Source of the DNA: Tubiluchus corallicola
Lineage: Eukaryota; Animalia; Priapulida
Length of the DNA stretch: 64,000 nt
Reading direction: 5' to 3'
Assembly (NCBI GenBank): GCA_030141605.1
Contig: JAQGDQ010000124.1
Coordinates: 496,001-560,000 of the forward strand
This document shows, in pieces, positions 41,196 through 55,566 of the stretch. Every line of letters starts with the position of its first letter. Positions within the stretch are counted from its first letter, which is position 1. The notes below the pieces were generated by a model, which searched no databases, was not told the DNA's origin, and was given only the letters and a program-made list of their open reading frames with translations. The translations under genes and the position numbers were made by a program.

Positions 41196-42279
41196 AATTT
41201 AATAATACCATAATAGAATTTCTCTGTTATTTATGTAGAAAAAACATGATAAATAGCTTGGAGAACGATAGATGTATTACAAAACCTTAATTTTAAAACT
41301 CGAGAAATTACGTAGAAACTCTGAAGTGAAGACCAAGGAGCGCTTTTTGTCCTTATTTAAAAGAGGACCACAAAACTAGGTTAAGGCTTCGTGTTTTCTC
41401 AATTTTAACATCCAGAGGCAAACGCGAACTATTGATGCAGACACCGGCTGTTGGGTGAGCATCTTTTTATGCTGGCTTTTGTAATGAAAGGTCTTACACT
41501 CAAGATTAAGAAATCATAAGTTTTACCTTGGGGAGGCTAGCCGCTTTGGTTGGACTCAGGGTCCCGTTAGTATAGCTGTTTTTCCTAGAGCATTCCATGT
41601 GTTCGCCGTTCATTTCTCTACTGATTCGTCTTTCATGCAATTCAGAGGAAACCTGAAGAGCTTGTTCGTCACAATACAAAAATTTTATTGACTACAGTCT
41701 TCAACGGAAATCCAGCGACAATCAAACACAAACGCATAAAGTCACTGTAAATAAGTGACCGTCATTAAGTAAGTATTCATTTTTTCACATTAAATTTGAC
41801 AATAACCTGGCTACAACTACAAGTGCAATCATTTTTTACCAGCGAAACATTTTGTCGTTTTTACTACTGTACTCTCATTATCGGCTGCTCCGCTGACACG
41901 TGTCATGTTCTCATATTACTTCGCCTAACAGTCGGGATTACGGGCGAATTTTAACTAAACATTATAACTCAATTAATTGCAAAAATTCTAAACAGCCAGA
42001 AGATATAATTGAGGTAACCACCAATTATAATGCGTTTAAATTTGTAAGAAATTTAATCACGTTTAAAGGAACTAATTTTTTGGTATACGTGTTGTGAACT
42101 TCCTTTCGAATCCCACATTACCAAAAGGGGTGGGTAGTCATTCGTCATGAAACCAGCTCAACAATAATAATTAACATGCTTAACATGTGAGGCAGCAAGT
42201 GCCAGTCACCCAGATAGCAAGCCTAATGAAAAGGCAACTTGGGTTTTTCTGAATTGTCGGCTTTGAGAGCACCAGAATC

Positions 42280-42360
42280 CGGTAATCCAGTTGTGCTCGC
42301 TTCCTGCCAGGGAGGTCTCTGGTTCAACTCTCGACCGAGTCATACCAAAGAATTAGGAAA
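42280..42360 (+). mobile_element. Fragment of the tRNA-derived SINE family seen at 16.0 kb
   Basis: B-box-like GGTTCAACTC followed by CGAGTCATACCAAAGA. Confidence 0.5.
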
Positions 42361-43573
42361 CCGCCGGTTCTTCGATCAAGCTTTATTGATGTAACGTGCA
42401 GGTAATAATAACCAGGACCGCCTTGAAAATAAGCGTTGAGGTACTCAAGGTATAATCCCTTGACCATGCCCTAAACGAAATTATTATTACTTAAAAAATT
42501 GATATTCATTAAAACATCAGCCTTATTGGTTATTTTATTAAAGTAATATATTAAGTATGTGACATTTTGTTACTCTACACTCTACACAAACGCTAATTAC
42601 TACTTAAATACACCGTTATAAGTTCTATATAAATATGTAGGTTGAAAGCAAAACTAGTGCCGAATTTACAGAAAAGTGTAATGATCATTCTCTCCGTCCA
42701 GGAGCTTATATGAACACTTTCATCACAGCGAATTGGACGGTGAAAGAAGAAGGCGTAGGTTCGAATCGCAGTTGGGGTGCAAAGGTTTTCAGAGCTTTCG
42801 CGCGGAATCCAAGATATTAACTGCTGGTGTTGCCAGAAATAGCAGTTAAAGGCTTACCAGATAGTTCACTTATAGCTTCACCAGGGAGCAACCAACGTAA
42901 AATTCTGTGGGCCTGCCTCGTCCATTGACAGAAAAAGAACGTAGTGAATACACGCCTAAGCTAGGGCTTTTGTTTATATATTTTTTATTTCTGTCAACCT
43001 TGTGTCCTAAGCATGGATATGCATGATAAAAATTAATATATTAATGGGCAATTTGCGCAATGATATTGGGGTCTCAGTAATCGTCTGCAGACGTGCAGCT
43101 ATTATTACTAACACCCACTTTTGACTATGACACTGCACTTGTGTATGTCTCTTATTTTGGCTGACCAGTTATGGCGTTGTGTTTGAAGTCAAAAATGGTG
43201 CACAGGCTGGTCAGATAATGGATGAATGACAAACTTTCGTTCTCACTCAAAGCAGGTTCATGCTGATTCTGGCTGTTTACCTTGTAGAGGAATGTCGTAC
43301 TTACATCTGAATGTGATTAAGCCACCTCTGTCAGTTCAGTGGCTCATCTTAGTGGCTTTGCCTTGATAATAAGTGAGGTTCTAGTCTCCCCATAAGCATA
43401 AAATCAGTTTGACCTGCTAATGAAGGCTGGATTATAGCTTGCACGATTCCGAACTGTACAAAAACAATAATTACTGAATAATTTAAATAGACCCTTTAGT
43501 AGCGTTTTGTTAATCGTTTATTTAAAATTTATACAGATGTCATTTTATACGGAAATGACGTGTAGCCCGGTTT

Positions 43574-43843
43574 GGGGACATTTTCCTGTGACGCCATAAA
43601 CACTTCTTAGCAACAGCTTCTTAGTTACCAGAAGAGGGCAGGAACTCGGAGTTGATCAGCAAGTCTACTGACGGAGGTTTGTTAATTTTTATTTAAACTC
43701 CTGAGAAATTACGACTAAAATCGTCAAGCTTTGCGAGACCAGCAGGTTTATGTATTTTCGAGTTCTTCCTTATTTCAGGAAGGCAAGATATCACAGACAC
43801 TGTTAACGACCCAAGATTTTTAAAGGTTCTGCAAGGGTAAGTA
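43574..43843 (+). promoter_or_regulatory. Candidate promoter/first-exon module, type A
   Basis: TGACGCCATAAACACT (43589), TAGCAACAGCTTCTTAGTTAC (43608), TCAAGCTTTGC, acceptor-like TTATTTCAG (43778), donor GG/GTAAGT (43837). Confidence 0.5.
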
Positions 43844-44719
43844 CTTGAACAGCAACGCTCTTGTATTGTTCATTTCGAAGGAGTAATTTGCGAATAGGGA
43901 ACCCTTTCAGGAAATGGAAAGGTCTTCACCAAGTAATGTGAATTAAATGAAAGCGACATTACGCATTTAGCAGTAAGGTAGTCAGACGAAAATATTATAT
44001 TATTGTATAATATATTAATCTATTTATGCTGTACATGTATTTGTGACAGATATTTGTAAGTATCATTAGCTAAGACAGAGACAATTTCCCTCATTGCAAA
44101 TATAAAATAGAATTCACCTTGTCACATGCTGTCAAAAAACCTTTGACCACTTCAGCATCCACCAGCAAGTACTTCAGAGTGAAAATTGTTACATATATCA
44201 GCAGGTTCGATAACTATCTGCGGTGTGTTAACATGATCACAGTTGGCACATGATACTGCAGTAGGCACTACAATAACACTGCAGGACATTTGTACTGTTT
44301 TTACTATATTTATTGATATAATTAACATATTAATATATGTTAACTATTTTTACAATTATCAGGCCCAGATAATAATTACAGTATATCTCCATGATGTAAT
44401 AATTATACTTATATTATGATAATAAAAGTAACGATGTTTAAATAGCATCAATCGTGGCAGCAGTGGTATAGACTCGTTTCCCAGAAAATTTGTCTTCTCC
44501 GACAAAAAGGAACAGAAATTTCACAGAAAATGTTTTTCCGAGAAAAGATAATGCGCAATAAAAAGTAGTTTATTTTAACTATGTGTATTGATTAATAGGG
44601 ATCATATAATGAAAAAATTGTCAACTCGTAAAGGCAAAAAAGTAGATCTCGATTTGTAACGTCAGAACGATTTGGTAGGGAATCATGTTGATATTTGAAT
44701 ATGCACAATAGTGAGTAAT

Positions 44720-44810
44720 CACGGCGTGTGATTCGTTACCGAAGTTAAGCAACGCCAAAGTTGCCTAAAACTGATTTATTGGGAGCCTGCTTAGGAAAAT
44801 CACTCTTGGG
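44720..44810 (+). mobile_element. Degenerate 5S rRNA-derived sequence (5S-SINE head or pseudogene)
   Basis: ACCGAAGTTAAGCAACG...TGGGAGCCTGCTTAGGAAAA resembles the 5S internal control region. Confidence 0.35.
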
Positions 44811-45642
44811 CTCGCACTCAAGCTACTTTTACTGTGATTCCGAACCATTTCGTTCATTTCTTGTTATGTAGAGAGGATGTAAATGCATCCGTATGTAACT
44901 TTACCAGTTCAGTGTTTCATCTCGCGGAATTACCTTTTTAATGAGCAAGGATCCGGTTCAGTCACAAAAGAACCTGTAAAAAACTTCCAAAGAAGCTTAA
45001 TTTATTGGAAAAATGTTGACCCCAAAATATTAACAAATCTGTGTGGTTCTCAAAGCCTTGGTGTTTTCACACTTTTATAATTTCTATTATTTATTAAAAT
45101 ATATTTCAAATACTGTGACAATCAATTGAATTTAAAGTGATCATATGCAGCAAATGATTCTGTGCAAATTACTGACAGAAAGGAATTTTATCTTAAAACA
45201 ACTTCAAATTGTACCAACGAAGTTTCAAAACAAAATATTTTTCCAAAACAAAATTTAAAAAAAAAAAATTGATACCTTAAATATTGCGTCATTTTAAATG
45301 ATTCCGATTGTTGATAGTCATTAGTCAAAGCACTGCAGATAATTAAAAGATGGCAGAAAGAGAAACAACAAGAGGGAGGGGGAGGTTGAGATGCAAATAC
45401 ATCGTCCTTCAATGAGATCAGCATGGTGAATGACACTGCACAGTTAGTATTGTATATGTCCTCTATCCATTTACAAACCGTTTTTAGCATTGCTTCACTT
45501 TGGATGCTAAGTAGTTATCGTGACCACTCGGTTTTCCGTCTTCCAATGGCAGAACTAAAAGCATGCAATACCGGAGACTTATCTGGTATGTCTGTGAGAT
45601 ATCTATGACTGCAGATGTCTTCAATATCTGTGGTCAACGACA

Positions 45643-45825
45643 GTAGACGTCCTCACTGATGTCACAAATGTTAGCTCGTCATAAGATTTGGACGTCATAG
45701 CAACAGTTTCTTGGCTATTACACACATTAAGCAGATTGCTCAAAGAGGTGCTTCTATTCTGGGTGGATTCTCAAGTAAAAGCAAGTACTTTAGAGGTAAA
45801 TTTCGTTAAATTCTCTTGCAAAACC
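45643..45825 (+). promoter_or_regulatory. Candidate promoter/first-exon module, type B
   Basis: TGATGTCACAAATG (45657), GACGTCATAGCAACAGTTTCTTGGCTAT (45691), CACACATT, donor GAG/GTAAAT (45796). Confidence 0.5.
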
Positions 45826-46595
45826 ATGAACCATAATGCTAAAACGTTGCCTCAATCAACTCGCAATCCTTAATCTCTTTCAGAGACCCACACCAACGTG
45901 TAGACTGGTTTCTTTTCATCCCATAGGTTCTTGGCAGGAAATTCACAGCTCCTTGAAAGGAAAAAAACAGGGCTACACGATAGTTTCTATGGCCAAAGCC
46001 TTTGTTAGGATGAAAGGTAACGAGCTAGTTTTGCGGGAATGATTTTTTCTGATCTATTCTGCATTATCTATTTAGTTGAACTATTTTGCATTTACCGTTT
46101 CTAGCGAATTTGGAAGAGAAGACTTGAAGAGAATGGAGCAACACTGATGTACAAGTTTAGTGATTTCTTCCGAAGTACGAAGGCAGAATTCAATTTCAAT
46201 TCAACTAGATTCAGAATAGCAGGTATTCAATTATTTAAAAAACTATTCTTTTTTATATAGTCCTAAACCGTTTCTTGTAGCGTCCTCTTGGCTCTGGGTG
46301 GAGAGATTCTCAAATCACAACACATGGGGAAGACGAAATTAAATTTTTAAAATAAACTTTAAAGTTTCAGAGTTCCTACATCTTTTCTCTTAAGTATTTA
46401 TTAATCCTACAGTTCTTCCTACAGAGAAGTGTTATTATTATTTTTATTAAATTTATTATATATATTAAATCTTATTGGTGATTTTTAGAAGGCATAATGG
46501 CTGGTAATCTTCTTAAGACTACGGAGTGTATGCTCAGCTTAAATAATTGAATCTGAATAACAATATGATAATAATTATATCACTACACCGTTAGG

Positions 46596-47637
<1,042 letters not shown>

Positions 47638-47699
47638 CCGTTAGGCACGGGACAACTTTGTCCAAACTTCTTCATTGCAAATTTTGCGTGTTGGGAGTC

Positions 47700-48130
47700 A
47701 GGACATTCTTGGTGACATCATAAACACTCTTTCTTAGGTCATAGCAACATAGCAACCCATTATTAGTTTCTTGACAGTAGAGCATTTTCATTTGCAAAAC
47801 TGTTGTTGGTGGTTCTGCCGTTATACTCAGACCCTCAATAAGAAAAAAACAAAGGCTTCAAGCTTTGCTACAAACTAATTGGGCTTAGTTAGTTTTCATT
47901 TCTTACTTAGGATCCAGATCTAGAGCCAGGAAAAGACAGGAAATGCAAGAAATCGCCAGGACACAGGCAGCATTATTAGGAGGAGACGCAGTAAAGGTAA
48001 GTTGTGCAAATAGGGAGCCTACGCAAACCCGACAAACAGCCCAGGGCCTGCAAGACATACAGGTACACAGATTATAATATTATTTTGCTTGTTTAACTGG
48101 TATGAAAAATATGGCTTTGCTTTGTTCAGG
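47700..48130 (+). promoter_or_regulatory. Candidate promoter/first-exon module, type A
   Basis: TGACATCATAAACACT (47713), GTCATAGCAACATAGCAAC, TCAAGCTTTGC, acceptor-like TTACTTAG (47910), donors AAG/GTAAGT (47997) and CAG/GTACAC (48063); alignable with 52518-52890. Confidence 0.55.
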
Positions 48131-48364
48131 TATTGTGTTGGTGGTTCTTTTTAAATTTGTTCGAAACTTATACCTTATATCCGTGAAAACTACATATGAA
48201 TGTTCAAAAACGCAGTGACATTCCATATGGATAGAGGAAGAGCCAAGCGTGAATTTCAGTGAGAATCCTTACACCTATACTTCGTCATATTTATCTAGTA
48301 TTGGTCTTTCTTCCTAAATCGCACAGCAGCTCTAAAATGGGCGTATGTAGACTATAGGCTGCGC

Positions 48365-48825
48365 CGTAAAAATGGTACAGGGAAAAAGGACACAGTAAAA
48401 TGGCACAGGAAAATGGCGCAGGTAAAAATGGTACAGAAAAAACGGCACAAATGGAAAAGTAGGTAGAATGGCACGTGTTATTTTGATGGAATTGATTTTA
48501 TATGAAAACTAGAATTCGCTCAGTAAGAAGCAGATTGGATTTCTATCGAGTAATGGACGAATGTTCCACATAGTGTTTATCTGCCTTTTTCATCATTGAT
48601 TTTAGCGGTAGTAATTAATAGACTGACAATAATATGCGTATCAAGTCTATAAGGCTACACACCCAATGAGTAAAGGTTACTCGTGAAGTGATTTACGAGT
48701 GTTTTTTATATGTGGTGTTCGGTCAAGTTTTGCGAAAAGAGAACTGGCGAAACGATTCCAATTTTTGCATTCTTTACCCGCCTTTCTTCACAGAGTTTCT
48801 GGAAATCTGCTAGATAGTTTTTGAG
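48365..48825. mobile_element. Copy of the dispersed element at 23.4 kb
   Basis: Tandem AAAATGGYACAG repeats at 48368-48450; 48730-48820 matches 23480-23570 in reverse complement. Confidence 0.5.
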
Positions 48826-49049
48826 TAAAGGGCTTACTGCTGTAACAGACGAAAACAAACAACCAAATAAACAGTCAAACCAACTGTGTTGAACAGAAGT
48901 AAAACTAACTAAAAGAATTTAGTTAACTAAAAAACTTTAATTAAATAATTGATTCCTTACGTTCCTTGTGAGTTAAAATAACTCAGTCGATTCGTGATAA
49001 CTTATTTACTTGTAGTTCTTAATTTTTGTGTAGCACAACTGCACTATGA

Positions 49050-49265
49050 GATCGGGACGCACCAAAAACTTTAAAAATGGTACGTGCTGTTTCTTTACCT
49101 GGCATTTAGGGTAAAAGTGGGGTAATAATAGTCTCTGTTATGTAGTTGTACACTGCTATTTACAATCGCTTTTTTGGAGCTTATGTTAATTGTTTATCCA
49201 AAAAGCCGACTTTAAATGAAGATTATCATCATTATCATTATCATCGTCATCATCATCATCGTCAT
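49050..49265 (+). mobile_element. 5'-truncated SINE body with (ATC)n tail
   Basis: ACCAAAAACTTTAAAAATGGTACGTGCTGTTTCTTTACCTGGC..TTTAGG matches the body of the 16.0-kb SINE; followed by an (ATC)n-like tail. Confidence 0.55.
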
Positions 49266-50495
49266 TTTCTAATATCCACAAAGTGACATTGATTATTTAC
49301 GTTGTTTTTTGACGTCTGTCATTTCTTTGTCATAAGATAATGTCATATCAATAAGATATGTCATTTCTTTGGTACGCCACACTGATCCTTCAACACGTGA
49401 TATCATTCTGTTGGCATAGCTGCTTATGTTCCTTCAATGTAGCCAGTTCTACAGGTCCATTCATAAAATTAGGTAATTTTTCACTGGTACAGCTGGAGTT
49501 CATGAAAAAAAATCATAAACTGAATATTTTACAAGATGATAAGTTTATGAGCTATTGAGCTGCAACATGAACAGTACCGTAACCGAAATGGTACTGGAAT
49601 GGTAAGTCTATGCCCATAGTAGTTTTTGGCTAGTTCACTGACAGTGGAGTAAATAACGAACGTAACGTAATGTAATGGAATGTAACGTAATGAACTGCAG
49701 AATGAACATTAGTGTGAAGTGAAATACAGTGTGACTTGAACAGGAATGTACTGGTTCACTTTCATCATTATGGAGTTTTTAGAAGAGAAAATTAAAATGT
49801 GCGCCGCAAAAAAGTTAGCAGGCCATGGGTACTTACATAAGCGCAATAATTGTCTTTAATAAGATTTTTTAAGAAATTTTGTCTTTAAGAAATTTTTGAA
49901 GTAATATTGCTGTCTTCACGACATCCTTAATGGATTGAAACAACGACGAGTGACGTCGTCCCTATTTTGTAATTTTATGTTTGAATATTTTGTGATTTTT
50001 TTTATTAACTGTATCGACAGGTGGCTGTTACATACAGGCAGGTAGCTTTATGATTTTGTCCTTTAAAAACTGCAGATTAATGATAATTTAAAGACAGCTG
50101 TTGCATTTGCATCTTGCCTGTACTGGGGACTGTTGAGTTGTGGTAGGCAAATTACAGTAAGTGAATATCAAACTATTTGTGAATTATGGTGAAACCTGCG
50201 AGTAATTATAATATGATACAAAAATATATTCATACTTCTGGTCATCTCACCTTCTCTCCTCTGTCTAAGTGATAGTTGCCTCACTTAAACCGTATTTTGT
50301 TACTGATATGTAAGAACTGGTTCGTTATTAACGACTAATTTAATGATCATTGATAATTATGAAAATGTCTTAGATTGATCCTGTGCTAATATTCTTGTTA
50401 TTGAAGATTTAAGCCTTGAGAGTTGTTAGTGCGAGGTTTTTCCTTCTTCTGTACCAGGCAGACTGCCTAGGTACTTACATTTCTTCCAGGCTTGT

Positions 50496-50960
50496 GATGT
50501 GACGTTTGAATGACGTCAGAAACGTTTACTCATCGTTGGAAGTCATAGCAGCAGTTTCTTGGTTATACTACACACATTCAGCAGACGATGAAGGAGTCCA
50601 CAAAGGAAGGTTGTTTTGGCTGGAGTTCTTAAGTTAAAAGGAATGACTAGGTGAGTGTTGTGGAAATTTCTTCAAATTCTCTTACTGTGCCATACATAAA
50701 CGTATGATTTTCGCTCGTGTAATTTGCCTGTTGATGTCATATTTTTACTTATTAATGATGTTAGTTATATCTGTTCACGTCCTTCTTGCAGTAGATAAGG
50801 ATGTAGCAACAGCTTCTTAGTTGCCGTGCAAGGCAGACTTTGATTAGCACACTGCGTGTTGTTGATGGTTCGACTGTTCTACTCAAACCCCCGAAACCTA
50901 AGAGAGAAAGCTCTGATCCTTTTCTAATTTGCAGTCTTACATATTTTTATTTCTTGCGGT
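50496..50960 (+). promoter_or_regulatory. Candidate type B module fused to a truncated type A module
   Basis: TGACGTCAGAAACG (50511), GTCATAGCAGCAGTTTCTTGG, CACACATTCA, donor TAG/GTGAGT (50651), acceptor CTTCTTGCAG (50791), then TAGCAACAGCTTCTTAGTTGC (50804) and type A-like sequence. Confidence 0.55.
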
Positions 50961-50984
50961 ATTACAGTACAGAAAAAGCTCGAA

Positions 50985-52270
50985 ACAGCACAGCTTTCGA
51001 TCTTACATTTCATGAAACCCGTTGTTTCACCATTTTTGGACCCGTTTCAATTTGCATATCGTGCTAATCGTTCCTCAGATGATGCTGTAGCTTTTGTTGT
51101 TCGTGGTATAATGTCACACCGTGATAAACGTTATTGTTATACCAGAATCCTTTTCGTCTATTTCAGTTCAGCTTTCAGTACTGTTCTGCTACTAATATTG
51201 TGTAATAAAATTGCGGAACTTAATATACCTGACTGGTTAGGGCTGTGTAAGTTCGTACTTGAGTTCTTGATAGGACGCTCAAAGGTCGCCAAGATAACTA
51301 ACGGAAATACATGTACTACCATTTTCTCAACTTCTAAGGTTGTTAATACAGGAGCTCCTCAACGGTGCGTCCTATCTCCAATGCTATGCACTCTCTTTAC
51401 ATATGACTGTGAAGTATCTTTCCGAAATATTATGATGGTAAAATTCGCTGATGATACCACACTGCCTGGCCGTACTTGCAGTAACAACGAGACTAATTAT
51501 TTTTTGGAAGTTCAAAATTTAACACGATGGTGCGAACAGAATAATTTAGAACTGAATGTTTCAAAAACAAAAAAAAAATTATCGTAGATTTTAGAAAAGA
51601 TACTGATGGAAAAGCACCTTTGCTTATAAATAATACAGCTGTAGAAATTGTTAAAGATTTCAAAATCCTGAGAATAAAAATTTCAGATGATCTTAAATGG
51701 GAAGTTAATGTGCTCTGTTGTGCAAAAAAGGCCCGCCAGCGTTTGTATTTTTAAGATAACTTACATCGTACAGTAATTGAGAGCGCCCTCACTTTTGGAA
51801 TGGCGCTGCCACCGCAAGGAGATCGCAATGCTCTTGATCAAGCTGGTAAACCGCCTCAAAAACTATAGGAATTGAACAGCAATCTATGACATATTTGTAT
51901 GACACTAGCCTTAACTAGGGTAACAAAGAGAGCATACATAGGGTAGGAAAGAAAGGGTAAGGTAACAAAGAAAGGAATTCCATCCAGATAATAAATATTT
52001 TGAAATGCTCCCCTCTGATCGTAGATTCCGCTAAATTAACGCTAAAACCTCAAGAACTTTAAATTCTTTCTATCCCGTTGCAATTCGCAACAGTAAATTT
52101 CAGTAAATCTCCAATATTAATTCTCTATGTCACTGTACAACCGATTGAATTATTTGTGTTAATCTCCTTGTTGTTTCCATAAGTTAACTGCAGTACGTAA
52201 AACACATAAATTTCATTGTATGTATTATGCTATAATGACCATAAATTGCTTACTTACATATTTACTTACC
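50985..52270 (+). mobile_element. 5'-truncated Rex1/Babar-like LINE
   Basis: ORF 51012-51587 has LDPFQFAYRANRS, GAPQ.CVLSP, KFADDTT and LNVSKTK; then KARQRLYF; ends in a (TTAC)n-like tail at about 52250. Confidence 0.88.
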
Positions 52271-52517
52271 TGCTGCACAAGGGTTTTTGAAAGCAGACTT
52301 TCTCTTTCGTCTATTTTAATTGAACCTAAATGCTTATACAGTGCTGAACTATAGACAATAAAAACAATGCAAAAAATGTTATCATTTCTGCATTAAATAT
52401 TTTAGAATCGATTTGTATGAGATAATTTTTGTTAATCCTACACTTCGCTTTAGAAGGCCAATAGGTTCATTAAATTAATGTCTAGATTAAAATACGTGAT
52501 TACCGATTTCGCATATG

Positions 52518-52890
52518 GGGTCATTTTCTGTGACATCATAAACACTTGTAGCTCGTAGCAACAGCTTCTTAGTTGCATGAGAAACATAATTAGTCAAATT
52601 ATCGATGATGGTTCTGCTGTTATACTCAAACATCCAAAAAAGTAAAAGACAAAAGCCCTCAAGCTTTGCTGGTCCAAGTGTTCTTACCTGTTCTTCATTT
52701 CTTGCTTAGGATCCAGGATCCCAGATCTAGGAAAGGCAGGAACCGCAGGAAAACTCAGCCACAGGCAGCCTATAAGAGGTCCAAGAGGAGTGGCAAAGGT
52801 ACGCACAGAAGTCAAGATTTACAGGTACATAAAATATTTTTATACTGTTTATTAATGAATAATGAAATATGGTTTTGCCTTGTTCTGGCG
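52518..52890 (+). promoter_or_regulatory. Candidate promoter/first-exon module, type A
   Basis: TGACATCATAAACACT (52531), TAGCAACAGCTTCTTAGTTGC (52556), TCAAGCTTTGC, acceptor-like TTGCTTAG (52709), donors AAG/GTACGC (52799) and CAG/GTACAT (52825). Confidence 0.55.
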
Positions 52891-53419
52891 TTGAGTTGAT
52901 CCTTCTAACCCTTTAAAAACAGTAGTAATTCATGCACTAAGAGGAATGTGAATTTCTGTGTAAAAGAATCATTAAGCTCATATTTTGTGTCAAGGATTAT
53001 TAGACGCTTGTACAACAACTCCAACATGTAGCTACAGAGCTGCCTGGAAGAAATCAAGCTATTATCTGTAATATCAGGCTCCAGTTTTGACATTTTGTTA
53101 TGGTTTTTACAGTGCGCACAAAGCGATATTGATAATTTATGTTTTCTTTCGTCACTGGTCCTATCTGCAATTGCTGTCTTTTTTTATATAGTTAGTTATT
53201 CCGGTCCTTCCACATACTTCGCTATATTTCTTCATCGGCTGTACACCTGGTTTTGCCAGTCCTTTGGCATACTGTGGTGCTGTATAACTGCAGTTAAAAT
53301 TCTTACAGAAGAATTGATCCTCTTTCCCATTCTTTCCTGATCTCTCGCACGTTATCTTACATTTTTGTTTCAGGTAAAATTTTGCTGGAGTAAAACAAAA
53401 CGTGCGCGTATAGAAAATA

Positions 53420-53720
53420 TTTCCACTAGGGGACAAAATCTGAAAAATTGGGGTCGGGAAGAGAAATACACCAAGTGTCAAGTAGTACCATGTAGTATTT
53501 CAAATGAAAGCTCTTGATGAGACGAATCGATTGGTATATGTTACAATGAAAATGGCTAACCTGTGAACCCTCTGGGGGACAAAATATGGGTTGAGGAGAC
53601 AAAGGCCTCCAGTATCAGCCGATCTAGCTAGTAGTACATTAAACGAAAGGTCTCCTTGAGATAAATTGAATGGTATAAGTTATGCCGAGATAGGTTGACC
53701 TCTGACCTTAGGACACGGGT
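53420..53720. repeat. Diverged internal tandem duplication, probably a transposon remnant
   Basis: GGGGACAAAAT recurs at about 53430 and 53575; AAATGAAAGCTCTTGATGAGA..ATTGGTATA recurs as AAACGAAAGGTCTCCTTGAGA..AATGGTATA. Confidence 0.45.
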
Positions 53721-55566
53721 TGAAAAGTTACAAGTTGCGATTTCAAGTGCTGTTCCTATGAATTCAAGCAATGCGAATTCTATAAAACAAAGTTAGACTT
53801 TCAAAGAAAAGGCTGACATCTTTTCAGTAACCATTCTGTAACTACTGTTTCACAGTTTGGCTTTTCTGTCGGATATAGGGATGTTTAATTGGTGGGTGTT
53901 CATAACACTGCAGTATATGTATACGTGCCTACCCTTAAAACAAGCAAAAAACAAGCATACTGCATTTTGATTTAAACGAAGCTATTTAAAGCTGAGCAAG
54001 AAACTGATAAAATTTAAGGATTGCTACAAGAAAGAGAAATTGCCACGTAAAAGGGTGCATACTGCATAAAGAGACATTACCACGTAAAAATTTACGGTGT
54101 GCAAAAGTTGAAGGGCAAGAATACACAATTCTTACGTAAAGCTGAAAAAAATTTGGTCTTGAAAATATATATCACGTACATAACATGCTGGCTTTGATTG
54201 CTTGCATTAGCAGTAGCGCTATATAAAACGTGTAGTTTTAAATTCCTGCGCTGACAGGACAGCCATTTTAAGGGTCAATCGTTGAACAAGTAATTTAAGC
54301 AAGTCTAAATAACATCGCGTATTATTACCAAGAATTTTCTTTTCTATTTACATACGTCTTTCAAACAGGAAGTATAATGCTGAGTAATATAGCTTTGTAT
54401 GGAAAGTTTTTTGAGGCGTATTTAAAAATTGCCTTTTAAATTCCAAAGTACTGAGATCAAACTAATTAGTAATGGCGTAAGAAAAGGTCAGTGTACACTC
54501 TTAGCAATGATTGTGAACTTCTATTTCCGTTTAAGCGATTAGTTTTTTCATCAAACCAGTTCGTCAGTTTTAGTTTAACAAACTATTTTGATCGTGTAAA
54601 CAGTGAAAGTAACAAACTTTTTGTTTGACAAACAAAGTTTGATGGTATCAAACCGTCCTAAGTTCATCAAACAAAAACCAACAAACTCAGACTCAACAGC
54701 CGCGCTCTCATTACATTATATCGATTGCTCATTTCGTAGCGGGGTGGGGGTGGGGGGCTGAAAATTTTGTCATTAATCCAGCAAGTGGTACATATACAGC
54801 GATCAACGATACAACATGATATTGGAACTTGCAGGGTAGAAACAGTGGTAATAGAAAATAGATTTTGATTTTGCTCAGAATAAAAAAAAAGAAAATTCTG
54901 ATTTTGCTGTACAGTTTCTATCAATGAACGAAACAATTTGTGAAGAATCACTTTGTTATACAATATACAGGCTTTGGTTAGATAAACTGAACTTCTTGCA
55001 GTAAATAGTCAAACCTCTCAACGTTTAAATCTTTGAAATTAGGTTGTAACTGTCCTTTCTAAATGCTTCGCTGTAGTTATTTTTCCATTTAAACTTTTCT
55101 AACTCTTTCTTGTCCAATTTCTCCTTTTTTAATCGCACAAGTTAGCCCAATATAGACAACAAAGCACGTCTGCACATTGGCGCCATAACTTGACTGACAC
55201 TCCTCGCTGAATAGTTATTATAACCTTGATAATATGTCGTCTAAATACTCGTCGGTTTCGGTTTTTAGACTGGCTGTTTTTGTTTGATTTAAAAATTGAT
55301 CGATACATTTGTTATAATTTTATTCTTAATCTGAAATCTTTTGAATTATATCATCAATGCCGCTGAGGTAAAACCAACCGAACTTGACGCACAGGTAGGA
55401 AACCTAACATTAGCGATGGAGCGTTACTAGGTGCCATGATGTTGATATTGAAGGTTGGCAGGAGTCGAATCACTGAGGCATCCAACAAGAAAGTTGATGG
55501 AGGTAATAGCTGTATCGTGGTATATCACGGCAGGGCCAAACTGCAGTGTAAATCCATCCAAAACGT

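Noticed and set aside
42720-42800. Possible tRNA gene (GGTTCGAATC B-box)
   Set aside because: No cloverleaf or acceptor stem is evident; at most a SINE head remnant.
52666-52899. Arg/Lys-rich ORF as a protamine-like gene
   Set aside because: It starts at TTG, and the peptide is not conserved in the paralogous modules at 47.9 and 43.8 kb.
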